This document shows, one piece after another, positions 23,446 through 34,806 of a DNA stretch of 64,000 bases. The stretch covers positions 52,888,001-52,952,000 of the forward strand of contig NC_058382.1 in the NCBI RefSeq assembly GCF_018350175.1, written 5' to 3'. Origin of the DNA: Felis catus (Eukaryota). The notes beneath the pieces are model-generated. The model was given only the letters and a program-made list of their open reading frames with translations, did no database searches and was not told where the DNA came from. Each line of letters opens with the position of its first letter. The first letter of the stretch is position 1. The position numbers and the translations under genes were made by a program.

Positions 23446-23825
23446 CAGAAGAGGGTCGGGGAAGGCAGAGGAAAGACTCCCAGGCGAGCACGCGTTGCAC
23501 GTCAAGAGCCAGGTCCCCTTAATAATCATCTGCTCTCTGTTGAACGGTAAGCCAGGGTCTCTCGGTGCTCGGAAGTGACCTTCGCGTTGGGGCAGCGGGG
23601 CTGGATGTCAGTTCTAATGTCACAAGTCCTACTTCATGGGCGCTTTCTGTGTCTGGCGGGAGGCTCCCGTCATCCATGCTGGACGTGGTTACTGCCGTCT
23701 GGCCCATTTTCCAAGCTGGGGCTTCGAGAGGTCAGGTGACCTGTAGCGAAGGGTAGACCCAGGATTTGGAAACAGGCCGCTCCAGAGCATGTGTCCCCAA
23801 CTGCCGCCTCATCATCAAACACACA

Positions 23826-24172
23826 TACTATGGGTTGAACTGTGTCCCCCACGATGATAGGTTGACACCTGAACCCCTGGGCCTGTGAATGTGACTTTAT
23901 TTGGAAATAAGGTCTTTGCGGGTGCCATTGAACTAAGTCGAGGTCATTTAGCAAGACGGATACGCTCTGGAGACTTGCTGTACAACATTGTACCTGTGGT
24001 CAACCCCGACGTAAGCTTAGACTTAAGAGGGTACAGCTTGTGTAAAGCGTTCTTACTCTTAACAATATACATATTGCTGTCTACTGCAGGATATACTGGA
24101 TTGGGATGTGACCTAAATCCAATGAGTGGTGTCTCTGTAGGGGACACGAGAGGGAGATTTGGAGAGACCCGG

Positions 24173-24215
<43 letters not shown>

Positions 24216-24478
24216 GGCAAGGACACCACGTGAAGGCCGAAACAGACACTGAAGTCTTGCTGTTCCTGGCCCAGGGGCACCAAGCATTGCCAGCTGCCAC
24301 CAGAGGCTGGAAGAGGCCATAAGGGATCCCACCCTAGAGCCTTTGGAGGGAGCACAGCCCTATGGAGACCTTGATTTTGAACGTCGGGCCTCCAGAACGG
24401 TGACAGAATACGTTTCAGTTGTTTTAAGCCCGCTAGTTTTGTGGCACTTCGTGACGGTAGCATGGAGGACCTAACACA
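23826..24478 (+). mobile_element. MLT1B/C-like MaLR solo LTR with nested insert and (CA)n
   Basis: TATGGGTTGAACTGTGTCCCCC...TGTGAATGTGACTTTATTTGGAAATAAGGTCTTTGC...GGCCTCCAGAAC...GTTTTAAGCC; (CA)n 24174-24212. Confidence 0.88.
23948..24092 (+). mobile_element. Short L1 3' UTR fragment nested in MLT1
   Basis: TCTGGAGACTTGCTGTACAACATTGTACCTGTGGTCAAC...TTAAGAGGGTA...GTTCTTAC resembles an L1M extreme 3' end. Confidence 0.65.
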
Positions 24479-25659
24479 GCTCCCCTTCTTAGTTTATCAA
24501 AGGGCATCCGAAGATGTGCCCTTTAATCCAATGAACCAGCCATGCCAGGCAGGAGCCCAGCAGCTGGACGCCCCACCTAGGGGCAGTGGGTAGCACAGGT
24601 GGCCTGCCTCCTTCTTTTAACGTGCATAGATGTTGTGGTTCATGTTTCCCGGCCCACTGGCGATGACACAGAGGGAGGAGGGGGGATGCAGACAAAATTA
24701 TGTACATCTCAAGGGCAGTTAGACAATTAGCTCGCCCACAGGAACACTGCAATATGCACAATATTTGCTTTCCCAGCAAAGCCAAGTGCAGGTTCCTGCC
24801 TGCCCTGATGACCCAGTGTCCCTCCAGTGCAGGAAGGGACCAGGTCCCTCAATGCTGCCGGCTCCCACCCTCTGCTGCCACGAGGCTTTAACTCTTTCCT
24901 ATTCCTCACGCTCTTAGAAAGCCCCATACAGCCATTGCCAGGTGGAGTCAGGTGGGGTCGTTCTAGTTGATGGTCCCCTGCCTTTACCGGAATTCTCTCC
25001 AGCAATCACTGGAGGCAGAATCCATAAAGATGCACACAGCCCGTCTCTCATCTTCAAATAAGAATAAAGGAGAGTTTGTACCTTGTCGCGTTCCAACAAG
25101 TATTTGAAATAGCCCATCAGGATTTGGTGCAGGTGGTCAGGAAGTAGGAAGGACACAGAGGGTACAGAAATGAACATGGGGTCGAGAGTTAGGCCAGGAC
25201 TCCAAACCACGTGTGCTCTTATTATAAGAAAGCCCCCGATTTGTCCTCCTGGCAGCCTCCCATGGGCTGGGAAAGACCGTCCTTTATGCAATTTACGGTA
25301 TCTATAAACACAGAATAAGCCGGTAGTTCAGGAAAAGGCCAATCTTCTCATGAAGGAACTAACAGGGCCAGGAGGCTGTGTGCCTGCAGGTAGCCTCTTG
25401 GACTCGGGTGGGCTCCACGAGGCCTCCCCCTACCCCCGTTCTGGCCCCACTTAACGATAAAACTGAGCTGGAAGATTGCTCCGACCTGGTACAGAATTTT
25501 TAAGCCATAGGAAAAAAAAAAAAAAAGACCACCAAGGATCCAAATTGACCAAGTCACGAGGGGAACGGAGAATGTGCCACCAGCTTCCTCTGCCCGATTA
25601 TGATGTGCTAGCATGGCGGGAGGTGGGGGAGTGGCTCTCGTTTGCAAACGAGTTTTTCT

Positions 25660-26285
25660 CTATTTCAAAGTAATGCGGTTCAGTGAAGAAACGTTTAAAA
25701 ATCTTTGAGAGGGAGAAAAATTACTCATAATCCTGCTGGCTCTAGGTGACAACATATGCGTCCCCGCCAGTCTTTTTTCTGTGGTGCGCTGTATTCGTGT
25801 CACATTGCCATCACCACCACGTGCCGTTTAGCACACGGTTGTCATCTTTCCCTAACGGTATACATTTCGGCGTGTGGTGCTAAATGCTTTTTAATTGCAG
25901 TTCTTAGTGGCTGATATTCCATGGAGGGGATGCCTCACCCCGTATTTACCCAGTCCTGTGTTGCCGGGCATTTAGATGGTTTTAAATACTTTTGCCGTCA
26001 GAAAGGGTTTTCTGATAAACATCTTTGTGCATAAAGCAGCTTCCAAAGTTCCCATTATGTCTTTAGGATCGTTTCCCAGAAATGGAATTACTAGGTCAAA
26101 GGTTGAGCACATTTTTTAAAGGTTCCTGAGACACATTGCCAAACTGCTCTCCGAAAAGGTTTGTAGTGATTTAAATGATCTAAAGCAGCATTTGTGAGCA
26201 CGGTTTCTTCTAACCAGTATTGAGTGCTCATTAAACAGAATCATTACTAATATGATAAACAAACAAACGGCATGTTATTGTTGGC
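25660..26285 (-). mobile_element. Old L1M (L1ME-like) fragment
   Basis: TTTCCCAGAAATGGAATTACTAGGTCAAAGG...ATTGCCAAACTGCTCTCCGAAAAGGTT is the reversed ORF2 end/3' UTR. Confidence 0.8.
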
Positions 26286-26681
26286 TTGCAGTCTTATTGT
26301 TCCCCGCTTGAAAGGGGCAAATTTGGAGAATCCAAAGAAACACAGCAGAAATTAAATTTATGGACTACATTAACCTACCATTTTGGATCGGATGATGGTT
26401 TCTAAAGCGGTCTCCATAGATTAATGGATGATAAGTGGATGCTTCAGAGAAAGTATTTTGGAGAACCTTGCAGTGATGATACCTAGCAGGGATTGGGTCC
26501 TCTCTCAAAGTCCCAGTGCCACTGGGCTCCGTGAGTCTGATACTTTGTAGCTGCTCTATAAATCCGTATTGAAGCAAAACCCATCATTCACATGTCTTGC
26601 AGGTCTTCAAAGTATGTTTTACATCAAGAATCTCATTTTGCCCATGAGGTGACTGAGACACGGATTCCGCAGCTTGCCTAA

Positions 26682-26682
<1 letters not shown>

Positions 26683-26725
<43 letters not shown>
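26683..26725. repeat. (AC)n microsatellite
   Basis: Uninterrupted run of about 21 units, adjoining a MIR core. Confidence 0.97.
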
Positions 26726-26728
<3 letters not shown>

Positions 26729-27004
26729 TAAAAGTGGTGCTGTGGGGTGGCGATGGGACGCCACACTTTCTGCCTCTCCTTGACCCTTGGCCACCTCCTT
26801 GCTCTCCATCAGGATCACAGTAGCTAACTTCTCCGTGATGCCGAGCTGCTCTTCTCTCCAAAGTGGGGCAGGACTGGGCACCCGTGGGCAGTGCAACCCT
26901 TCTTCCCCGTCACCAGCATCCCCTCTGCATGTCACCAGTGCCCAGAATATAAGGACTCTTCATGACAAGAGACCCCCATTAGCGGTAGAATCTATCCAAC
27001 GCGG

Positions 27005-27431
27005 TGTCCAGAGCAAAAACCCCGGGGTTGCTGTACCGAATCGCTACAAACTTGGTGGCTTAGAACAACAGGTGTTTCTTCGCTCACTGTTCTGGAAGCC
27101 AAAAGTCTGAAAACAAGGTGTTGACAGGGCCACACTGCCTCTGCAAGCTCTGGGGGAGAATCTCTGCTCCTTCTAGCTTCTAGTGGCTGCAGAGTTCCCT
27201 CTACCGCCCTGGTCACATGGCCTCCTCCTGTTCTGTCTGTGTGCGTCTCTCTTGTAAGAGCTCTTCTCCCTGGATTTGGGGCTCACTCAGAAAACCCAGG
27301 AATGTCTCCACATCACAAAATCCTTGACTTAATGACACCTCTGTAGACCTTTTCTCAAATAAGGGCACATCCACGGTTTCCAGGGATTTGGCACGGATGT
27401 CTTTTGGAGGGTCGTTTTCTGCCTGCCGTAG
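27005..27431 (-). mobile_element. MLT1C-like MaLR solo LTR
   Basis: ACAAACTTGGTGGCTTAGAACAACAG...TTCTGGAAGCCAAAAGTCTGAAA...AAATCCTTGACTTAAT...CAAATAAGG. Confidence 0.85.
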
Positions 27432-28617
27432 CCCTTGAAGTTCATTGCTCACCACGTGAATTTCATACCTGTGAAAACTCCTAACGTGTTACCTGTCCCG
27501 TGGCCCCGCACTCAGTGCCAGCTACTGTGGGGTGATCTTTTCCTGTTGTGTTTACAACAGAATATACAACACGCTTTAGACAGAAAGTGTTTCCGGCGGG
27601 TCCGTAGACTGAATTCTGAGGTTCATTTTTCCCTTGACCGAGGCACATAACTGAACCTCTGTTTGCGTGACTCTAAAATGGGACCGACATCTTGTCGATT
27701 TCCAGGTATTAGCTGGGTTTCCACGGGGATAACATGAGGCGCTGTTGCGTGAATGGTAGAGGGCAGTAGGATTTTGAAGACTGAATCCAGATCCCCAAAG
27801 ATGGGAGGTGGGTCTTGGGGGCTCACCCCCAAGGGAAGCTGGACGTTGTTGGTAGGAGTGATTCAGAGAAAACGATCCACATCGGCGGCTTTCCGCACTT
27901 GCTAGGCGTCCCCGCTAGATTCGATTGGGAAAACTAGGTTAGTGCCGAGAAAAGGCCATTACTCTTTAAAGGCGGTCACTCCTCCCTAATAATAAATAAA
28001 CCAAACATGGAGATATTAAAACAATTCGTTCTCAGCATTGGAAAAGAGGCCGTGTGTGCGTGTGCGTGTGCGTGTGTGTGTGTGTGTTTTAATATCCCAC
28101 CCAGCCCACCAAGCCCCCACCCCAGGAACTCCAAGATTGAGCAAAATCCTACTTATGTGCTACGGATTTAATATAGCATCAGGCTCCTCTAGGTACAATA
28201 AAATACCAAGTTAAGAGTATTAATTCCTTACGACCCTGATGGGTCCCAGCTGTGCACACGCATGTAGGGTGTGAGGGTGTGCTCAGCGGGTACAGGTGCT
28301 GACGGGGCTGTTCCGCCTCGGAGCCCATGTGCTCACAACACAGCTGTCTCAAATCCTCCGCCACTTGCTTAAAAACCTCTATGAAGTTGTACCGCCTCTG
28401 GGCACAATTAAAAGCTGTATACTACATTTCATCAGGTAGTGTTAGAAATTTAGGCTGAGCCAAAAAAGAAAAGGGAGAAGGTGGGAGGGAGGAAGAAACG
28501 ACTCCCTTGTTAAGGTGGCATTAACCTCCTTACCCCGGCTATTGAAACAATAAAGCTTCCAAAAGCCACATAGAACCCCAGGAACAGAGCATGGAAGCGG
28601 TGTGACAAAGCTGGGCA

Positions 28618-28735
28618 CTTCTCTTCTCTCTCGCTCTCTCTCTTCCTTCTTCTTTCTCTCTCTTTTTTCTTTCCCAGTCCCCCCCTCCTCCTTTCCCTCC
28701 TTCCTGCCTTCTTCCCTCTTTCTCTCCTTTCTCAG
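28618..28735. repeat. Polypyrimidine low-complexity tract
   Basis: About 115 bp nearly all C/T. Confidence 0.9.
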
Positions 28736-29779
28736 TGGCCAAGTCTATCTGCAGGAAAAACCATAGGTGAGGTCTCTCCGTAAAGATGTGACCAGCCAAG
28801 CTGAATGGCGGAAAACCCAGCTTGAGGTCTCCTCGCAGGACAGGGACCAGAGCACCTCGCCCGCTTTTGCTTGGGGAGTGAGGCCACACCCCGCTCACCA
28901 CTCGTGGCGTGGAGGCACCCTTGCCGTGACAACCCAGTGAAGCCAGGTCTTCATGTGCCCATTTTACAGAGGCAGCTGCTGAGGCCCCTCCTTCACTATC
29001 AAGTGTCAGAGGCAGGAATCAAATGCCTCCCGTGGCCTCCCTGTCCACGTGGTCATTGCCTCCAACTCTGGGATTCCCGTTGTCCCTCCTCTTCCTCCCT
29101 CCCGAACAGTACGTGCCAATGGGCATTCTCTCCTTTCTGTGTGCAGTCTGTCCTCCTAGGGGAAAAGGCCTGATCTTACCGTTTCTAACCTGTACCCGGA
29201 CAGTGTTGTAGACCGGATTCCCTGCTATATAAGAAAGAAGAGGGACAGGAAAGCCCCCAAGCACAGTTTGGTGTGAGGGAGAGCTCCGTTCTTCTGTTAG
29301 CGTTCCCAGCCAGGCCAGCTGAAAGGCTGTCAAGCATGTGGGGATTCCTGGCCTCAGTGGGGATGGAGATAGGGGTAGCGGGGACTGAGACTCACATTCG
29401 ACGAGGTTCTGTTTCCTGTCTCCCGGCACTGTTCTGGGCTCATCCGTATACCGGTTCCTTATGCTTCCCGACAGCTCTGTCCCTTCAGAAATTCTTGTCC
29501 CGAGATAATGAGGATAATAAGGAAATTGAGACCCACAAGGGTTTAGTAACTCATCCGTGGTCACATCCAAGAGGCGGCAAAGCCAGCGATCAAAACAGCT
29601 TGACGACGATGCTCCAGACTTTTTTTCCTTCTATTCCTCTTACCCACAGCCTCCTAGAATCTAGACCCTTCGCCTGGGAACATGAAATCATGTGAGTGGG
29701 GTGAAATAATGCCATTTAAAAAGCAAGCACATTATAAAGAATTATGTCAACCTGATTCCCTGAATCCTGGGAAAATTCA

Positions 29780-30320
29780 TATCCTTGTGCCATCCGATTA
29801 GTGAATCAAATGAAACTGATTGATATACAGCAACAGTAGTTAAGAAACGGGCAGCCTTTGCCGAGGTTTGATTAAACCGATACCCTTGATCTCCTGCTGT
29901 ATCAAATCACAGGCGAATTGGTACCATTAGGATAAATTACTACAAGAGGCCCTGCAAAGCCGAGCTAAATAAACTCTGCCTTCCCGAGCCCCGTGATTGT
30001 CTTATTAAATAATTTCTTTGCCTCTTAAGTGTGGACTCAGAGCGCTGGCACTCTGAAAGCCCTCCTGATTAACTATAGCCTTGGCCTCAAGTTGATTTTA
30101 TAAACTTCGGATGGTGCCCCAGAGGGTGAAGCTTCCTGTTGTCAATTCTGCCTGTTGCTATAGATACCGAACTTCACAATCAGTAATTAGAGCGTGCCCC
30201 CTGCCCCAGAACTGGTCAAACGGTGCAGAGAGCTCAGCAAATGGTCTTAAAAGCATCCGCGCCGGCATGGAAATGCACCTCCAATGGTGACGGGGTTTGT
30301 TTTATTCATGGACTTTTTGA
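29780..30320. promoter_or_regulatory. Candidate deeply conserved non-coding element/developmental enhancer
   Basis: About 540 bp repeat-free; TGATTGAT 29817-29824, TGATTAA 29869 and 30066, TGTCA 30140, TAATTA 30184; no credible ORF. Confidence 0.5.
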
Positions 30321-32146
30321 AAAAAAAAAAAAGAGAGAGAGAGAGAAGAGAAAAATCACTGGTTTATTGGAAACCATAGCAAAATAGAAGTGATTATCAT
30401 GCTTTTTAAAACACGACTGAGTTTTCGTATCGTGAGACGTTAAGAATTAAAAAGAACGGGGTAGAGTGTAGGGCAGAGCACAGATGGTCCTGTCTGATCT
30501 ACTACAGGAAGGACAGAGCTAATCCCCGTTCTGATTCAGTATCTCTCATGGTCTGCCCCAAGTATATCCCACAGCCCTCCCCACCCAGCCCCAGAAAGAA
30601 ATTGTAAGGGAGATTTCTTGTGCAATGGTGAGGACATTAAGGGAAACTCACTGTTGGTGGCAAACAAGAAAAGGGGAGGGGTTGGGCTTACTTTATTTCA
30701 TGGCGCAAACCAGATGTGGAACATTCGTGTCCTAAAGCATTTTGGTCAAGAGAAGACTAAATTGGTTAGAAAGTGTGCAATTTTGCAGGTGTTATAAAAA
30801 TATAAACCAACGTCTCCATACTCTGTTCCCTAAAGGGGATGAGAAATGAAAAGGAAGGTTTGCAAAGACACCTTGCTGGACAGTTGTCTATCTTGATTTT
30901 AAGTAGCCTTGCCATCTAGTTTTTAAGCTGAAAGAAAGAGAGGGTTAATGATTTTCCCCAGGTCACCCCGTTTTTGTCACACAGCTGGGAGGGAAATCCT
31001 TGTCTGACCCCCAAACCAAAGAAAGCTTTCCCGTCTTTTAAGGAAATACTTTTTTTTTTTTTTTTAAGGAATGACTTTTTACCGAAGTATCTTGGTATCT
31101 AGGCATCCTGTTAGGGACAGCCCCTCACTTGATCCATTTCTCCATTTGAAAATGTATCCTGGAATTCAGAACGATGCTTACTTATTTTCAGATCATCTTG
31201 AGATTTCCTTACAAATGTACCTGACAGCAGTGATCTGCCAGCACAAGGATTCTGTGGACACTTCCAAGTCACCGTTGATTGTGGTTTTCTATTCCTTTAA
31301 AACCTCCCTAAATGCCTTGTGAATTCCCGACACCCTGAGAACAACACTTCCTAAATGCTCACAGCACCCAATAGCATGGGAAAGTAAATGGCTTACAAGG
31401 ATGATTTTGGAGGTGCAAATAAAACTTCTGAAGAGACCATGTTATCTAAAGCCTGACAGTCGTAACAGCCAGCTAATCCCGCCTTCCTTAATGTGGCATT
31501 TTTGTAGGATCCAGAACTCCCAGAGTCAGATTATGTTGATTTCAGCTTCTCTGTCCAAGTGCCGGGAGCCTAGACTCTGACTGGAGTTGAATCCATCCGT
31601 CTGGCAAAGAAAGGCAGCCTGACAACACCTTTCCTACATCCTCCCAAGGGAGTCAAGTTCTGGGCAACGATTCTAGAGCGACTCTCTTAGAGCAGAAATC
31701 ACGGCCGCAATTGGGGCAGTTCTTGGACTTAACACTAGTTTGGACTGAGAAGGTCCTAAGGAGGGATCTTGTTCACGCTTCTACGGGCACAGGAGGAAAC
31801 AAATCAGCCAACTCGATGTTAGCATCCTTATTGAGAAAAAGCACTCATATGCATTTCAAACACTTTTTTTTTTGCACTTAATTCCTGTCATAATCTTGTG
31901 AGGTGGGTAATAGTCTCTCTGTTTTCCATTTTTTCAAATTTTTCATTTTTCAAATGGTTACTCGGTTTTTCCACAAAGCAAACAAACAAACAAACACCCA
32001 GGCCCTGAAGTTCTGCTCGGTGTCCTGTAAATGCACATCACAGCTCCCCTGATGGCAACAGAAATTAGCAGGTTCCAAATGTCTATTGTGGAGACGTTGA
32101 AAACCCTGCTCAGAGTAACCTAGCTGTGGGGCAGTGTTGGGATTTA

Positions 32147-32358
32147 TAATTTTTTTTAACGTTTATTATATTTGAGAGACAGAGCGAGTGCGAGCGGGAG
32201 AGGGAGCAGAGCGAGAGAGAGACACAGATTCCAAAGCAGGCTCCAGGCTCCCAGCTGTCAGCACAGAGCCTGACGCGGGGCTCGAACTCAACAAGCCGTG
32301 AGATTATGACCTGAGCCTAAGTCGGACGCTCAAGCGACTAAACCACCCAGGAGCCTCC
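32147..32358 (-). mobile_element. Can-SINE (SINEC)
   Basis: TSD TGTTGGGATTTA at 32135-32146 and 32361-32372. Confidence 0.96.
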
Positions 32359-32388
32359 ATTGTTGGGATTTAAATATGAGTCGGTTAG

Positions 32389-32596
32389 AGGACGCCCGGG
32401 TGGCTCAGTCGTTAAACCTCTGACTTCTGCTCAGGTCATGATGTCAGGGTTGGTTGAGTTCAAGCCTGTGTGCTGAGCTGTCAGCACCGAGCCTGGAGCC
32501 TGCTTCCGATTCTGTGTCTCCCTCTCTCTCTGCCCCTCCCCCGCTGCTGCTCTGTCTCTCCCTCTCTCTCAAAAATAAATAAACATTAAAAAAATG
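32389..32596 (+). mobile_element. Can-SINE (SINEC)
   Basis: Head GGACGCCCGGGTGGCTCAGTCG; degenerate TSD TAAATATGAGTCGGTTAG/TAAATATGGGTCTATTAG. Confidence 0.95.
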
Positions 32597-32714
32597 TAAA
32601 TATGGGTCTATTAGCCTTTGCAGCATTATGATGTCACTTTGGGCAAACAATTAACATTTTGAATAAGCTTTTTACCCCTCCACGTTGAAATTACAGAAAG
32701 TGATCATCAAAGGC

Positions 32715-32870
32715 TTGGTGTCTCGTTTATTGCCTGTCTTCTCCAGAAGACTGTAATCTCCGTGAGGGCAGGAGTCCGGCTACTCTGGCTTTCTCCTGTG
32801 TCCCCATCACCCCTTTCCATACACGGCATAAAGTCGATGTCTAGTAAACATTTAATGATAATGGATAAAC
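32715..32870 (+). mobile_element. L2 3' end
   Basis: TTTATTGCCTGTCTTCTCCAGAAGACTGTAATCTCCGTGAGGGCAGG...AGTAAACATTT. Confidence 0.7.
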
Positions 32871-33274
32871 ACACACAAAGTGATCTGTGATCTGTGCAGT
32901 GATAAATAGCATAAGGAGATAAGAAAACTTTGTTTGGGAGGATGTTCCAAGTAGACGGATGGGAGGACGGAAGTACGGGTAGAAACGGATCACTGTAGGT
33001 GACGTAGCTTTGGGAGCTGGGCACAGAAACAGTGGTGGGGAGTGGAGTAAAACGGGAGAGGCTGGAGAGGTGGATGAGCTCCGGGCTGGATCCATGAATG
33101 TGGAGCGTCTTGAACAGGAATCTGTTGTGCTCAAGGCTGTATTCCAAGGAGGTCAGTGTGGAACCCCGGGTGTGAGATGGAGAGGGGTGGGGGTGCCATT
33201 TGTGTGTTGTCGTTGTTTAGAGAAGGCGGGAAGTAGGCACCTGGCTTACGTGCTCATTCTTTTTGTTTTAAGCG

Positions 33275-33975
33275 AGATTTTTTTTTAACTTAGATTTTTA
33301 AAAACATATGTGTAATTAAACCATTCACTTTCTAATAGGTCATACTTCGGCCTGGTTCAAAGTCAAAACTGTGAGATAGAAAATGTATGTATGTATACAT
33401 ATTTATGTGTGTGTATATATATATATCAAATCCATAGATGTGCTTTTTTCTTCATGTATTTTCAGATCTCTCTCTACCCTTTTCCTTTAGCACCTAATTC
33501 CTCTTCTGAACCAATGTTACCATTTCCTTGTATATCCTTCTAGACAGTTTTATGCATTTACAAGACAATATGTTTATATATTCTTTTACCCTCCCCTTCA
33601 CTACACTATTCACACCTTGCTCTTTTCCCTTGACAATACATCTTAGAGATGGTTCCAAATCAGCATATAAATGATTTCTTCATTTTTTAACAACCGCTGA
33701 GTATTCCACTGTGTGGATGCTTCATAATTCAGTGAACCGATTCCCCATTGATAGACGTTTGGGTCGTTCCCAGTCTTTTGCTATCACAAATTGTGCCGCA
33801 GCGCGTAACCTTGTGCTGACATCATTCCTCCCGTGCGTGAGTGTATTTGCAGGATAGAGTCCTCCAAGTAGCCGTGTTGGCTCAGAGAGGATGCACTGGG
33901 GCATTTTCACAGATATTGCCAGATTGCCCTCCACAGAGGTCGTTCTGATGTACGCTCCCAATAAGCAACATACCA
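33275..33975 (-). mobile_element. Old L1M fragment containing ORF2 C-terminal relic
   Basis: ORF 33722-33961 (..EPTRLLGGLYP..AAQFVIAKDWERPKR..) aligns by eye to L1 ORF2p C-terminus (DPAIPLLGIYP..AALFTIAKTWNQPKC). Confidence 0.85.
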
Positions 33976-34577
33976 GGGTTCGGGCGGAACTTTAACTGGA
34001 GGGGTGGACAGAGACAACATGGGGATGGGAAGCTGCAAGTGAATGCCCTCCCCAAATGTACTTTAAGGAGAAATATTTTGGTGGCAGCACGGAAGTTGGG
34101 CCGCGCAACAAAGAAGGCTGGACTCGGGGCAGCAAATGAGTATACACTGCAGTAATGCAGGTGAGACTAGAAGAAGGTCTGGGCTGTTAGCGGAGCAAGA
34201 GAGATCCAAGGCATTGGAGAGACCCGTCACTGATGAGTGAGAGGCTGGATGTGGGGAACGAGGAGGGAAATCCTAAGGATAATTTTGGCGTTTGTTGAGG
34301 CTGTTATCTAATAGGGACCAGGGGGCAGGAAGAGTTTTTAGGAAGAAGTCATTGGTTTTGGCTTGAGGACAATATGGCCACCCCCCTCCCAGAAGCATTT
34401 GAGCAGGGGCTCAAAGTTCTTTGTAGCAACTCCACTTTTTCCTGATCCCACCCAGAAATCTTTCCTATCACTCTTAATCCCTATGGGTTTGAGTAAGCAC
34501 CTAATTTTATAGTTCAAAATCTCATAAGAGCCAAAAAGATTTTTTTTCCAGGTTTTAGGTGCTTTTGAAAACAGTGC

Positions 34578-34636
34578 TTTTTTTTTTTTCAATCTATTTA
34601 TTTATTTTGAGAGAGAGACAGTGAGAACAGGGTAGG

Positions 34637-34679
<43 letters not shown>

Positions 34680-34806
34680 AATCCCAAGCAGGCTCCACAC
34701 TGTCATTGCAGAGCCCGATGTAGGGCTCAAACTCATGACCCATGAGACCATGACCTGAGTCGAAATGAAGAGTCGGACGCTTAACCGACAGCCACCCAGG
34801 CGCCCC
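34578..34806 (-). mobile_element. Can-SINE (SINEC)
   Basis: T tail, (GA)n, ends GCCACCCAGGCGCCCC. Confidence 0.96.

Noticed and set aside
22807..23529. Longest ORF (240 aa, minus)
   Set aside because: Runs through MLT1, L2-like and MIR sequence in a GC-rich patch with few stops; non-ATG start; no recognisable domain
24573..24586. CTCF-like CCACCTAGGGGCAG
   Set aside because: Two mismatches at core positions of the consensus
29019..29570. 183 aa minus-strand ORF
   Set aside because: No recognisable protein motif, partly MIR-like DNA, no exon structure
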